From positions 604,062 through 668,061 of the forward strand of contig CBDCOW010000001.1 of NCBI GenBank assembly GCA_965219875.1: DNA of 64,000 nt. The letters are read 5' to 3'. Positions 9,066 to 17,294 of the stretch are shown here, one piece after another. Source of the stretch: Dehalococcoidia bacterium. GTDB lineage: Bacteria > Chloroflexota > Dehalococcoidia > SHYB01. Within the stretch, counting starts at the first letter, position 1, and every line of letters begins with the position of its first letter. Under the pieces are notes generated by a model, which saw nothing but the letters and a program-made list of their open reading frames with translations, made no database searches and was not told the DNA's origin. The position numbers were made by a program, and so were the translations under genes.

Positions 9066-9719
9066 ATGCTGAGATTCGTCGAGGAAATCACCCTGCTCCT
9101 GCTCCACGACGACGACGGGAGGTTCGCGCGCGTCCCCAGTTGGTCGCTCAGCTACGCCCTCGCCGGCGGCGTGCTCATGGACCTCGCCATGGAGAACCGC
9201 ATCGACACCGACCTTGAGCATCTCATCCTGGTGGACGCCACCCCCACCGGCGACAGCCTGCTCGACCCAACGCTGGCCGAGGTCGCGGCTGGCGAGAAGC
9301 ACGACGCCCGCTACTGGGTCGAACAGACCGCGGAGCGCTCCGATGTCATCCAGGAGGAAGCCCTCACCCGCCTCATCGCCCTCGGCATCCTGGAGCGCCA
9401 GGAAGACCGCTTCCTCTGGGTCTTCCGTTCCAGGCGCTACCCGATGATCGACGGTCAGGCCGAGCGCGAGGTCAAGCTGCGCATCATGAGCGTGCTGTTC
9501 AGCGACGAGATCCCCGACCCGCGCGACGTGGTGATCATCTGTCTCGCCGACGCCTGCGGCATCTTCAAGGAGCTCCTGTCCAAGCGGGAGTTGGAACAAG
9601 CCGCCCCCCGCATCGAGCAGGTGCGCAAACTGGACCTCATCGGCCAAGCGATGACCCAGGCGATCCACGACATCGAACTCTCGGTCGCCGCCTCGGTACA
9701 GGGCCACTACCTCTACTAA
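9066..9719 (+). CDS. GPP34/GOLPH3 family protein
   Basis: 217 aa; N-terminal LLLLHDDDGRF...ALAGGVLMDL pattern typical of bacterial GPP34. Confidence 0.65.
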   Translation: MLRFVEEITLLLLHDDDGRFARVPSWSLSYALAGGVLMDLAMENRIDTDLEHLILVDATPTGDSLLDPTLAEVAAGEKHDARYWVEQTAERSDVIQEEALTRLIALGILERQEDRFLWVFRSRRYPMIDGQAEREVKLRIMSVLFSDEIPDPRDVVIICLADACGIFKELLSKRELEQAAPRIEQVRKLDLIGQAMTQAIHDIELSVAASVQGHYLY

Positions 9720-10160
9720 CGCACCGCCCTCCCGTTCCCCCTCCCGAATGCCGCTCTGCACCTCTCTCCGTCCGGAGACCTTTGCGTAACTCCGCCAACG
9801 GAGAGTTCGCAAACCTCCGGTCTTGGCGAGGGGAGCGGGTGAGCGGTCTTACCTCCTCTCCCAACGGAGACCTTTGCAAAACTCCGTCGAGGGGAGGAAC
9901 GCCGCCCGCGGCCTTGGGAAAGGGAGCCGGCGCGGGGTTTTACCCCCCTCTCCCGCTGGGTGAGGGCGGGGGGAGGCGGGGGCCGCGCGACCTTGCTGAA
10001 GCCCGCCCGCGTCAGTCGCTTCGGCTCACAGGGGTCCCCCCGGAGAGAGGGCACGCCCCAGCACCTGATAACGGTACCCGCCCGATCCCAAGGCCATCGA
10101 CCCACCCGCCGCTGGCCACGCCGTTGACCGGCGTCCGGAGACCGTCTACGCTCCGCACCA
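9720..10160. repeat. repeat-rich intergenic region with two direct copies of the 17-mer GGAGACCTTTGC(G/A)(T/A)AAC (9774, 9866) and G/C-rich CTCTCCC..GGGAGAGG palindromes
   Basis: read directly; same 17-mer as IS5-element termini. Confidence 0.6.
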
Positions 10161-10188
10161 CGTGCTAGCCGCGCGCAGGAGGACGGCG

Positions 10189-10737
10189 ATGCCCGGATCC
10201 ACGGACAACGGCGACAGCCTCGCGGCGCGGGTAGACCGCCTCGACGCCTACCGGCAGATCAGGCAGTTGCCCCACCGCTACGGCCTGGCCCTCGACACCC
10301 GCAACATCGACGACCTCGTGGCGCTCTTCATCGAGGATGTCCAGGTGGGCCGCGACAAGTGGGGCCGTGCCGCGCTGCGGGACTGGTTCGTCCGCTCGTC
10401 CAGCAAGTTCCAGGCGAGCATCCACTTCGTCGGCAACCACGTCATCGACCTCGACGACGAAGACCACGCCCACGGCGTCGTCTACTGCCGGGACGAGATC
10501 GACCGCCCCGGCGAGTGGATGGTCGGCATGATCCAGTACTGGGACACCTACGAGCGCCGCGACGGTGTGTGGTTCTTCAAGCGCCGCAGGCTCATGCGCT
10601 GGTACGGCGTCGACGCTCTCACCCGCCCCAGCGCCGGCGCCGGCATCGCCCGCGGCAGCGCGCCCGTGGGCCGCCTCCCCGAATCATGGCCAAGCTGGCA
10701 GCGCTACTGGGACGAAGTCGCCGCCCTCGGCGAGTGA
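10189..10737 (+). CDS. SnoaL-like / nuclear transport factor 2 family protein
   Basis: ATG at 10189 preceded by AGGAGGA; NTF2-like length and pattern. Confidence 0.55.
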   Translation: MPGSTDNGDSLAARVDRLDAYRQIRQLPHRYGLALDTRNIDDLVALFIEDVQVGRDKWGRAALRDWFVRSSSKFQASIHFVGNHVIDLDDEDHAHGVVYCRDEIDRPGEWMVGMIQYWDTYERRDGVWFFKRRRLMRWYGVDALTRPSAGAGIARGSAPVGRLPESWPSWQRYWDEVAALGE

Positions 10738-10815
10738 CGGCAAGCCCGCCTCGGCCCGCCGCCGACCTGCGTTCGTTGACAGCGCCCAAAAGCCGTGCCT
10801 AGAATCGACTCTCCT

Positions 10816-10890
10816 GCGGGCGTAACTCAGTGGTAGAGTGTTTGCTTCCCAAGCAAAAGGTCGTGGGTTCGAATCCCATCGCCCGCTCCA
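10816..10890 (+). tRNA. tRNA-Gly (anticodon CCC)
   Basis: acceptor GCGGGCG/CGCCCGC, anticodon loop TTCCCAA, T-loop TTCGAAT, encoded CCA. Confidence 0.8.
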
Positions 10891-10944
10891 CCCCCACAGA
10901 CTGCTATCGCCCTCTCCTTCGTCGAGGCAGGAATCTGTGGATTC

Positions 10945-11553
10945 CTAGCTCGGGCTGGCAATAGCGTCGGCAGCTTGCTCTATTCGGCCACCTTCCTTTA
11001 TCCCTGCGAGGGCAGCTTCCCTGCTGATGTGCGGTTTGAGCTCCGTGATCCAGTTCGCTAACCGATCGTCATCCATGTCGACGTATTCCCGTCTCAGGAA
11101 GAAGGCCGTCGCGATCCGCTCCAGATCAGCGACGTTAAGCGTGGCGATTCGTTGGGCGACGAAGCTGACCTGCTCCTTGTATCTGCTTCGCATCCGAGAA
11201 AACCTAGCCGCCACACTCTGGGCAAGCAGCCCCGGTTTGAAGCGAGGGCCATACGGGGGGTTCGGCTCAAGCCCGACCAAAGTGCTCGCCCGCATGGCCG
11301 TAAGCTCATCATGGAGATCGAACGAATACGGGCCGTGCTTGTAGATCACGTAGTCGTAATCGAGCGGGGGATCAAAGAGCGCTTGAAGAAAGAAGACGGA
11401 CTTCTGTACTTGGGTCTCGCCGCACCAACTTTTCGTAGCGTTCATGCGTTCGATCAGATAGGCCAACAGGGCTCGCTTCACGACATCGCTAGGCACCGGA
11501 CTCCTCCTCTGCTTTGCCCGCCGCTTCCAAGACCGCAGCCTTATTTTCTGCAA
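10945..11553 (-). CDS. Panacea-domain (DUF4065, SocA-like) protein; start uncertain (possibly GTG near 11484-11496)
   Basis: RALLAYLIERMNATKSWCGETQVQKSVFFLQ...YKHGPYSFDL parallels SocA N-terminus (AIANWFVRRAARDGRALSIMQLLKLVYMAH...WQYGPV); AT-richer islet after tRNA-Gly. Confidence 0.55.
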   Translation of the reverse strand: MQKIRLRSWKRRAKQRRSPVPSDVVKRALLAYLIERMNATKSWCGETQVQKSVFFLQALFDPPLDYDYVIYKHGPYSFDLHDELTAMRASTLVGLEPNPPYGPRFKPGLLAQSVAARFSRMRSRYKEQVSFVAQRIATLNVADLERIATAFFLRREYVDMDDDRLANWITELKPHISREAALAGIKEGGRIEQAADAIASPS

Positions 11554-12805
11554 TCCAAGCCCGCGACGCTTCCCTAATGGCCGGATCGACTAGGACGTAA
11601 TCGTATGTCGCTGGAGGAATCGTCCTCAAGGTTTGTGATAGCTCCTGCGCATCTACGACGCTCCCGTTGTCGTCGAGAACAGGGAAGCTGACAACGGCCC
11701 CGCCTTCCACGCGCTCTATCGCCTTGACCTTATCCGGCCCAAACTCTTGCTCGAGCGCACTCCCGACGACTCGACCAGGGTTCTGACAGTGAGTTAGGTC
11801 ACCTGGGCTCCGGGTGTACACGCGCCTGAAATGTTGCCGGTCGATAATCCTCCGTGCATAGGTATGCGCGGGATGCGCTGGGTCGTTCGCTGCTTCCAGC
11901 ATACCGACCGTGACTTCCGCGTCAGTATAATGCATGAATTTTTCGACATCTAACGGAATCACGCCTCCTGGAAGCCATTTCCGAAGAAAATCAATCAAGT
12001 GCTGGTCATAGGCCAGTCTCACCCGGTGATAGTACACCTACGTATACATGAAGTACCTGGCCAACAGCAGGGCTTCCGCCGAATGCAAACCTCCAGCGTC
12101 CACCCCAAGCGCCGGCGCGCCGGATTCTGGCTGAAGGAGGATGCGCAGCGTGTCGATGAGCCGATGATGATCGAACCGACCATATGCGACGCCTACGTGA
12201 TGGGAGTCTCTAAGGAGGTAGTCGATTCGATCTACGCCGAACGCGTCGTTCACAATCAATTCGGACAATAGCGCCTCCCAGTCCGAGAGGGTCTGTCCAC
12301 TCCTCTTGCGCCCAACTGCCAGTTTTGCGATGTGCTCTGGGAGCAAAGGAGGAATGGTCTCACGCCAGAGCCTCATCAGTTCCGGCGAGTTGATGAGTTG
12401 CACCGTCATGTCCTCATGGGTCTCGCCTTCAGGCAACAACTCCTTCTCTGCCGCATGGGAGAATGGCAGGTGTCCCAGATCGTGGCAAAGAGCCGCCATC
12501 CTGAGGACTCTGCGCCAATAGGCCCGCTTGTCAGGCTGAGCTAGCTCAGGGAGGCGTTCTCTGACTGCTGGCTGCAGGTTCTGCTCATGGGTGATGACGT
12601 CAAACGCACGCCCCGCTAGCTCCATTGCCCCTAGTGCATGCTCGAAGCGCCGATGCGTGGCGCCGGGGTAGACGAGATACGTAAGCGCTAGTTGATGGAG
12701 ATGCCGCAACCGCTGAACGGGCCGGGAGTCCAAGACCGCTCGTTCGTCCGAATCGAGCCGGATGAACACATGGATGGGATCCCTGATTTCGTGAAAAGCC
12801 TTCAA
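11489..12805 (-). pseudogene. HD-domain dNTP triphosphohydrolase (dGTPase/SAMHD1 family) interrupted by in-frame TAG at 12038-12040
   Basis: THRRFEHALGA, CHDLGHLPFSHAAE, VDRIDYLLRDSHHVGVAYG motifs; two adjacent ORFs are in the same frame, reading ...ARYFMYT*VYYHRVRLAY across a TAG. Confidence 0.7.
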
Positions 12806-12900
12806 TGGTTCGCCCGAAGCAAGTTGCCCTCCGGTTCAGGGGCATAAGTCTTCGTCATGGCCGGGTGGTCCCGCAAGGCCCACATGGCGCGAACCCGCTC

Positions 12901-14049
12901 CTACACCGCCGCCGGCTTCTTCTCCCGCTTCGCCAGCTCCGGGATGACGTACTTGCCCAGCAGCTCGATGCTCTTGAGGATGTCCGGGTGCTTGAGACCG
13001 CCGAACTGCATCAGGCAGATCAGGTTGTCCACGTCGATCTCCTCGTAGCTTTCGAGCTTGCGCAGGATCGTGTCGGGGTCGCCGACGACGATCATGTTCT
13101 GCCGGTCGTACTCGCCGACGTCGAACTCGCCCCGCGCCTGCTTCTCCATATCGGCCAGGCGCTCTTGGACGCCGCCGATGGCCGTCACCGTCCCCGACGC
13201 CTCAGCCTGGGCCTTCATGAGCGGCCCCTCCCACTTCAGGGTCACCTCGGCCAGGTGCTGGTACCACCAGTGGCAGGCGTCCATGCCCCCGTTCTCTATC
13301 GCCTTGGCGTTGGTCTCGGCGCAATGGACCAGCGTGTAAGCGGCGAGACGGTTGTTGACGAACTTGCCGATGGGCTTCGCCCGCTTCAGAGCGTCCCGGT
13401 AGGTCGCGATGCGCTGGCCCAGCTTTTCAAGCGGGACGAGGATCGAGAGGCTCAGCACACCCAGCCCGCTCTCCCCTGCCTTTGGATAGCTGTCGTCGCT
13501 CGACGCCGCCACCCACAGCGCGGGATGGGGCTCCTGCACCGGCTTGGGGAGCACGGCGCGCTCGCGGACCCGCCAGTACTTGCCCTCGTGCGAGAAAGTA
13601 TCCTGCGTCCAGATCTCGGGGAGCATCCGGATCGCCTCTTCCCACATCTCGCGGGACTCCTCGAAGGGCACGTCGAAGCCGTCCTGCTCGTACGGCGTCG
13701 AGCGCCCCGTGGCCAGCTCGACGCGGCCGTTCGACAGGATGTCGAGGACGGCGGCGCGCTCGGCGACCCGCACCGGGTGGTTGAACGGCTTGGGCAGCAG
13801 GACGACGCCGTGCCCCATGCGGATGTTCTTCGTCCGCATCGCCGCCGCGCCCAGGAAGACCTCCGGCCCCGAGCAGTGCGAGCGTTCCACTCGGAAGTGG
13901 TGCTCCACCATCCACACGATGTTGAAGCCCGCCTCGTCGGCCCGTTCGATCTGCTCCAGGGCCTCCCAATAGGCCTGCTGTTCGGCCTTCCGCTGGCCCT
14001 CCGGCCAGGGCTTCTCCACCTCGATCTCATACAGCAGGTCGAGTTTCAT
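12901..14049 (-). CDS. LLM-class (luciferase-like) flavin-dependent oxidoreductase
   Basis: 382 aa; luciferase-like TIM-barrel pattern. Confidence 0.75.
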   Translation of the reverse strand: MKLDLLYEIEVEKPWPEGQRKAEQQAYWEALEQIERADEAGFNIVWMVEHHFRVERSHCSGPEVFLGAAAMRTKNIRMGHGVVLLPKPFNHPVRVAERAAVLDILSNGRVELATGRSTPYEQDGFDVPFEESREMWEEAIRMLPEIWTQDTFSHEGKYWRVRERAVLPKPVQEPHPALWVAASSDDSYPKAGESGLGVLSLSILVPLEKLGQRIATYRDALKRAKPIGKFVNNRLAAYTLVHCAETNAKAIENGGMDACHWWYQHLAEVTLKWEGPLMKAQAEASGTVTAIGGVQERLADMEKQARGEFDVGEYDRQNMIVVGDPDTILRKLESYEEIDVDNLICLMQFGGLKHPDILKSIELLGKYVIPELAKREKKPAAV

Positions 14050-14074
14050 CCGCTGCTCTCCTTCTCTATCGTCG

Positions 14075-14563
14075 TTACTCGTCGGCGAACGCCTTGATGA
14101 CCTTGCCGCCCCACTCGTCGCCGCCGACGGCGCGCCGGAGCCGGAGCGCCAGGCGCCACCGGCCTTCCTTCCGTTCGAACTTGAAGTGATTGTAGCCGCA
14201 CGTCCAGGGGTAGTACCCTTCGTCGCCGCGCACGAAGACGATGGAATAGGCCTCGGCCCACGCCGTGTCGCCCTCGACGCGGATGAAGTGGTTCACCACG
14301 GTGTGCTGGGAGCGGTTCTCGATGGTCTTGTGCCCCTTGGGGTTGGTGATGATGTCGTAGAGCAGCCCGTCGGAGCCCACCGCTTTGTCGTCCGGCCCGA
14401 GGTCGTAGACCCCGTCCTCCGTCCACACGTCGACCCAGTCCTTCGACAGCCCCAAGTCGGCGGTGAAGCCGTAGCGGGCCAGGACCTCCCGGATCGCCTC
14501 CTTGTCCTCCAGCTCTTGGACCCGCCGCTCCAACGCCTCGATCCTGCTCGTTTCGTCGCTCAT
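14075..14563 (-). CDS. SnoaL-like/NTF2-family protein
   Basis: 162 aa; N-terminal helix then LFTEDGVYD-type SnoaL motif. Confidence 0.55.
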   Translation of the reverse strand: MSDETSRIEALERRVQELEDKEAIREVLARYGFTADLGLSKDWVDVWTEDGVYDLGPDDKAVGSDGLLYDIITNPKGHKTIENRSQHTVVNHFIRVEGDTAWAEAYSIVFVRGDEGYYPWTCGYNHFKFERKEGRWRLALRLRRAVGGDEWGGKVIKAFADE

Positions 14564-14654
14564 CGCCCACCTCCCGTCCGCCGGCTCAGGCCGGCGCAGC
14601 GGCCCGAACCGTACCCCAATGCCGCACCATTGACCACCCGTCCCACCTCAAGCC

Positions 14655-14745
14655 TCTCCCTTCTGGAGACCTTTGCACAACCGCCCGCGGGCAAGCATGG
14701 GTGGGGCCGGGAGGTCTTGCCTCTTCTCCCCACGGGAGAAGATTG
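14655..14745. repeat. copy of ~90-bp IS-end-related element (CTGGAGACCTTTGCACAACCGCCCGCGGGCAAGCATGGGTGGGGCCGGGAGGTCTTGCCTCTTCTCCCCACGGGAG)
   Basis: near-identical to sequences flanking the IS5 element at 15325-15412 and, inverted, 16594-16681. Confidence 0.6.
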
Positions 14746-14859
14746 AGATGAGGGGCCCCCTCGCAACCGCCACGGGTTATCGAAGCCCGCCACCTTCGCG
14801 GTCAGTCACCCCGGTTACGCAAAGGTCTCCTCCCGGGAAGACTGAGCGCGGGCAGCGCT

Positions 14860-15225
14860 CTACCGAGGAGTACGCGGATAGTCCACCACCTCCAGCGGCT
14901 GCAACGACTCCGGCTCGATCTCCTGAAACGAGTGCAGCGCGCCGACGGTCAGGAAATCGACGTGTCGGCCCTCGCCGAACGACGCGCGGGCGTGCGCCTT
15001 GATATCGGCGATCGACGCCTCGATGTCGTCGCTCTCGATCTCGTACAGCGCCAGGTACTGCGACGGCCCCACCCCCGGGTTGAGGTTGAAGAACCGCCGG
15101 GCGCTGACCACGCCCTTCGACTTCAGCAAGTCGGGCAGGTGCGTGTGCGTGTACCACCGGTTGAACTCCTCGTCCCGCTGCCGCTCGACGCAGTTGGTGT
15201 AGGCAAGAAAAATCCCCTTCGGCAT
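14860..15225 (-). CDS. hypothetical protein (possibly YciI/Dabb-like alpha+beta barrel)
   Basis: 121 aa with reasonable codon usage and composition; no firm family call. Confidence 0.35.
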   Translation of the reverse strand: MPKGIFLAYTNCVERQRDEEFNRWYTHTHLPDLLKSKGVVSARRFFNLNPGVGPSQYLALYEIESDDIEASIADIKAHARASFGEGRHVDFLTVGALHSFQEIEPESLQPLEVVDYPRTPR

Positions 15226-15394
15226 GGTCTCCTCCCGTCGGCTTGGCCCCGCCGCGGCCAGCCGTCCAAGATCTTAGTGCAACACCCGCCCAGCGGGCGA
15301 GTTCCCTCCGGCCTCTCCCCTGCTGGAGACCTTTGCGCAACCCGCCTGCGGGCAAGCATGGGTGGGGCCGAGAGGTCTTGCCTCTTCTCCCCAC

Positions 15395-16610
15395 GGAGAC
15401 CTTTGCGTAACCGGGATGTGGTTGTGGTGGTGACGCGGGGGCCTGTTCGAGGCCATGAGGGTGGTGTTGTTTGCGGACTCGGCGGCTTGAGGAGCCCCCT
15501 GCGAGGACCGATCGGGCCCTCAGCGGGCCCGATTTTGGCCCCGCCAGGCTGCTAGGGCGCACTCCGCCCTGGGACGGGTGCGTCGACAGCCAGGAGGCGC
15601 GCCGCCCGGCGCAGGTTGTAGGCCATGCACTTGAGCCACAGCTCCGTCGCGTTCCGCTCCAGTCCCATGTACCGCACCTGTCCATACCCGTAGCAGCGCT
15701 TCAGGGTTCCGAACACCTTCTCGACCGGCGCACGCACGCGGGAGATCAGCGCGTTCCGCCGCGTTTGCCAATGCGGCAGCTCCCGCTGGTGCTTGTGCGA
15801 CCGATGCATGATCCGGTCTTTGATCCCCCGCGACTTCAGCCGGGCGCGCCGTTCCTTCGACTCGTAGGCCTTGTCCGCGTAGACCGCCGCCTCGTCTCCC
15901 GACACCAAGGCGTCCGCCGCCTCGGTATCGTTCACGTTCGCGCTCGTCAGCACCGCCTTCCGTATCAGTCCCGACTCCCCGTCCACTCCCAGGTGCGCCT
16001 TGTAGCCAAAGTGGGCCGCGCCCCCTTTCCGCGTCCATCCCGCGTCGGGGTCGGTCGCGCTCCGCGCCCCAGGGCCTTCCTCCACCGACGGCCGCCGCGC
16101 CTGCGCCTTCACGATCGTCGCGTCGAGGAGCGTGCCCTTCTTCACCAGCAGCCGCTGCTCCTCAAACTGGCGGTTCACTTCGGTGAACAGCCGCTCGGTG
16201 AGCCCCCGTTCGGTCAACGCCTTCCGGAACCGACTGATCGTCGAGTGGTCCGGCGTCCCGTCCGTCCAGCCCAGGTTCACGAATCGGCGGAAAGAGATCC
16301 GGTCCCGTAACGCCTCCTCCATCGCCGGGTCCGACGCGGTGTACCACTGCTGCAGCAGCGCGATCTTCACCATCGTCAGCGGGGGGTAGCCCGGCCTGCC
16401 CTCCGGTGCCGCGTGCACCTCTCCTACCACCTTCCCGATCCGTTCCCAGTCCAGCATCGCGTCGATCCGTTCTAGCGTCTTGTTCGTCCCAAGCCCTTCC
16501 GGCACAAAGGCGTCCACGAATGTTGGCAGACCGGTCTGCTGGTGCATGCTTCCCTCCATCCGAGCGCTGCCCTCTACTCTGCCCCGCCCGTCCAGTTTTG
16601 CAAAGGTCTC
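15395..16610 (-). mobile_element. IS5-family insertion sequence (~1.2 kb), 17-bp terminal inverted repeats GGAGACCTTTGCGTAAC / GTTTTGCAAAGGTCTCC; second subterminal copy of the same motif ~70 bp outside each end (15325, 16665)
   Basis: DDE transposase ORF flanked by inverted copies of the 17-mer; length typical of IS5 family; no target-site duplication visible. Confidence 0.6.
15552..16559 (-). CDS. IS5-family DDE transposase
   Basis: architecture and motifs parallel E. coli IS5 InsH (N-terminal ...FVDAFVPEGL...IDAMLDWERI, central WTRKGGAAHFGYKAHLGVD, C-terminal RVRAPVEKVFGTLKRCYGYGQVRYMGLERN). Confidence 0.8.
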   Translation of the reverse strand: MEGSMHQQTGLPTFVDAFVPEGLGTNKTLERIDAMLDWERIGKVVGEVHAAPEGRPGYPPLTMVKIALLQQWYTASDPAMEEALRDRISFRRFVNLGWTDGTPDHSTISRFRKALTERGLTERLFTEVNRQFEEQRLLVKKGTLLDATIVKAQARRPSVEEGPGARSATDPDAGWTRKGGAAHFGYKAHLGVDGESGLIRKAVLTSANVNDTEAADALVSGDEAAVYADKAYESKERRARLKSRGIKDRIMHRSHKHQRELPHWQTRRNALISRVRAPVEKVFGTLKRCYGYGQVRYMGLERNATELWLKCMAYNLRRAARLLAVDAPVPGRSAP

Positions 16611-16971
16611 CAACGGGAGAAGAGGCAAGACTTCCCGGCCCCACCATGCTTGAGCCCTCGGGCGGGTTGCGCAAAGGTCTCCAGTGGGAGAGGGCGTTGA
16701 GACCCCCGCCGCGACTGTCCCATCCGCGGTAGGCCTGATCGGCCTCGCGTGTTACGCCACCATGGCCGGCGGGTCGTCCGGCGGACGCGGGGACGGCCGT
16801 TGGGGCCGCCTGAGTAAAGAACATACGTTCGCTAAGGTAACGATAAACCCCCTTGACAAGCCCTGTCAAGTATCATTTCGCCCCGAAATCCGTTTTCGCG
16901 GGGAATCCGTCAAGTATGATGGAGAGAGAAAATCCGCCGCCTTCTCCGCGGCCTCTCGAAGGAGACCCCCA

Positions 16972-17157
16972 ATGCCCATCATCCGAGTCGAAATGTGGAG
17001 CGGCCGGACCAAAGACCAGAAAGCCGAGCTCGCCGAAGCCCTCACCGACGCCATGGTCCGCATCGGCAACACCTCCGCCGACCACACCATCGTCGTCTTC
17101 CAAAGCATTGACAAGGAGGACTGGGCGGAAGGCGGCAAGCTGGCTTCGGAGCTGTGA
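16972..17157 (+). CDS. 4-oxalocrotonate tautomerase family enzyme
   Basis: 61 aa MPIIRVEMWSGRTKDQKAELAEALTDAMV...; Pro1 after Met, GGAG RBS upstream. Confidence 0.65.
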   Translation: MPIIRVEMWSGRTKDQKAELAEALTDAMVRIGNTSADHTIVVFQSIDKEDWAEGGKLASEL

Positions 17158-17294
17158 CTCGGCGCCTCCCCTCCCGGGGTCCGCCTTAAACCTCAACCCT
17201 CTCTGGGGGAGACTGAGAGAAGGCACGCGCCCCCAGGCGCACGGGCGCCCGCGGGGCGCCCCGTTTGCAGGTTCCGCGGAAGAAGGGCCGAGCC

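Noticed and set aside
9720-10160. Possible CRISPR array in the repeat-rich intergenic segment
   Set aside because: Repeats are not evenly spaced, and the spacers are not unique (the same 17-mer and G/C palindromes recur elsewhere in the window). No cas genes nearby. Better explained as IS-derived or REP-like repeats.
12038-12040. In-frame TAG in the dGTPase gene as pyrrolysine recoding
   Set aside because: No reason to expect Pyl machinery in a high-GC bacterium, and TAG appears as a normal terminator elsewhere (e.g. rpmH). A nonsense mutation or error is far more likely.
12805-14097. 430-aa plus-strand ORF
   Set aside because: Lies antisense to and fully overlaps the well-supported LLM oxidoreductase gene. 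Arg/Pro/Gly/His-rich junk composition typical of wrong-strand ORFs in high-GC DNA.
14777-15685. 302-aa minus-strand ORF overlapping the IS left end
   Set aside because: Runs through the repeat elements and the 3' end of the transposase gene in another frame, with junk composition. The IS5 transposase frame is the real gene.
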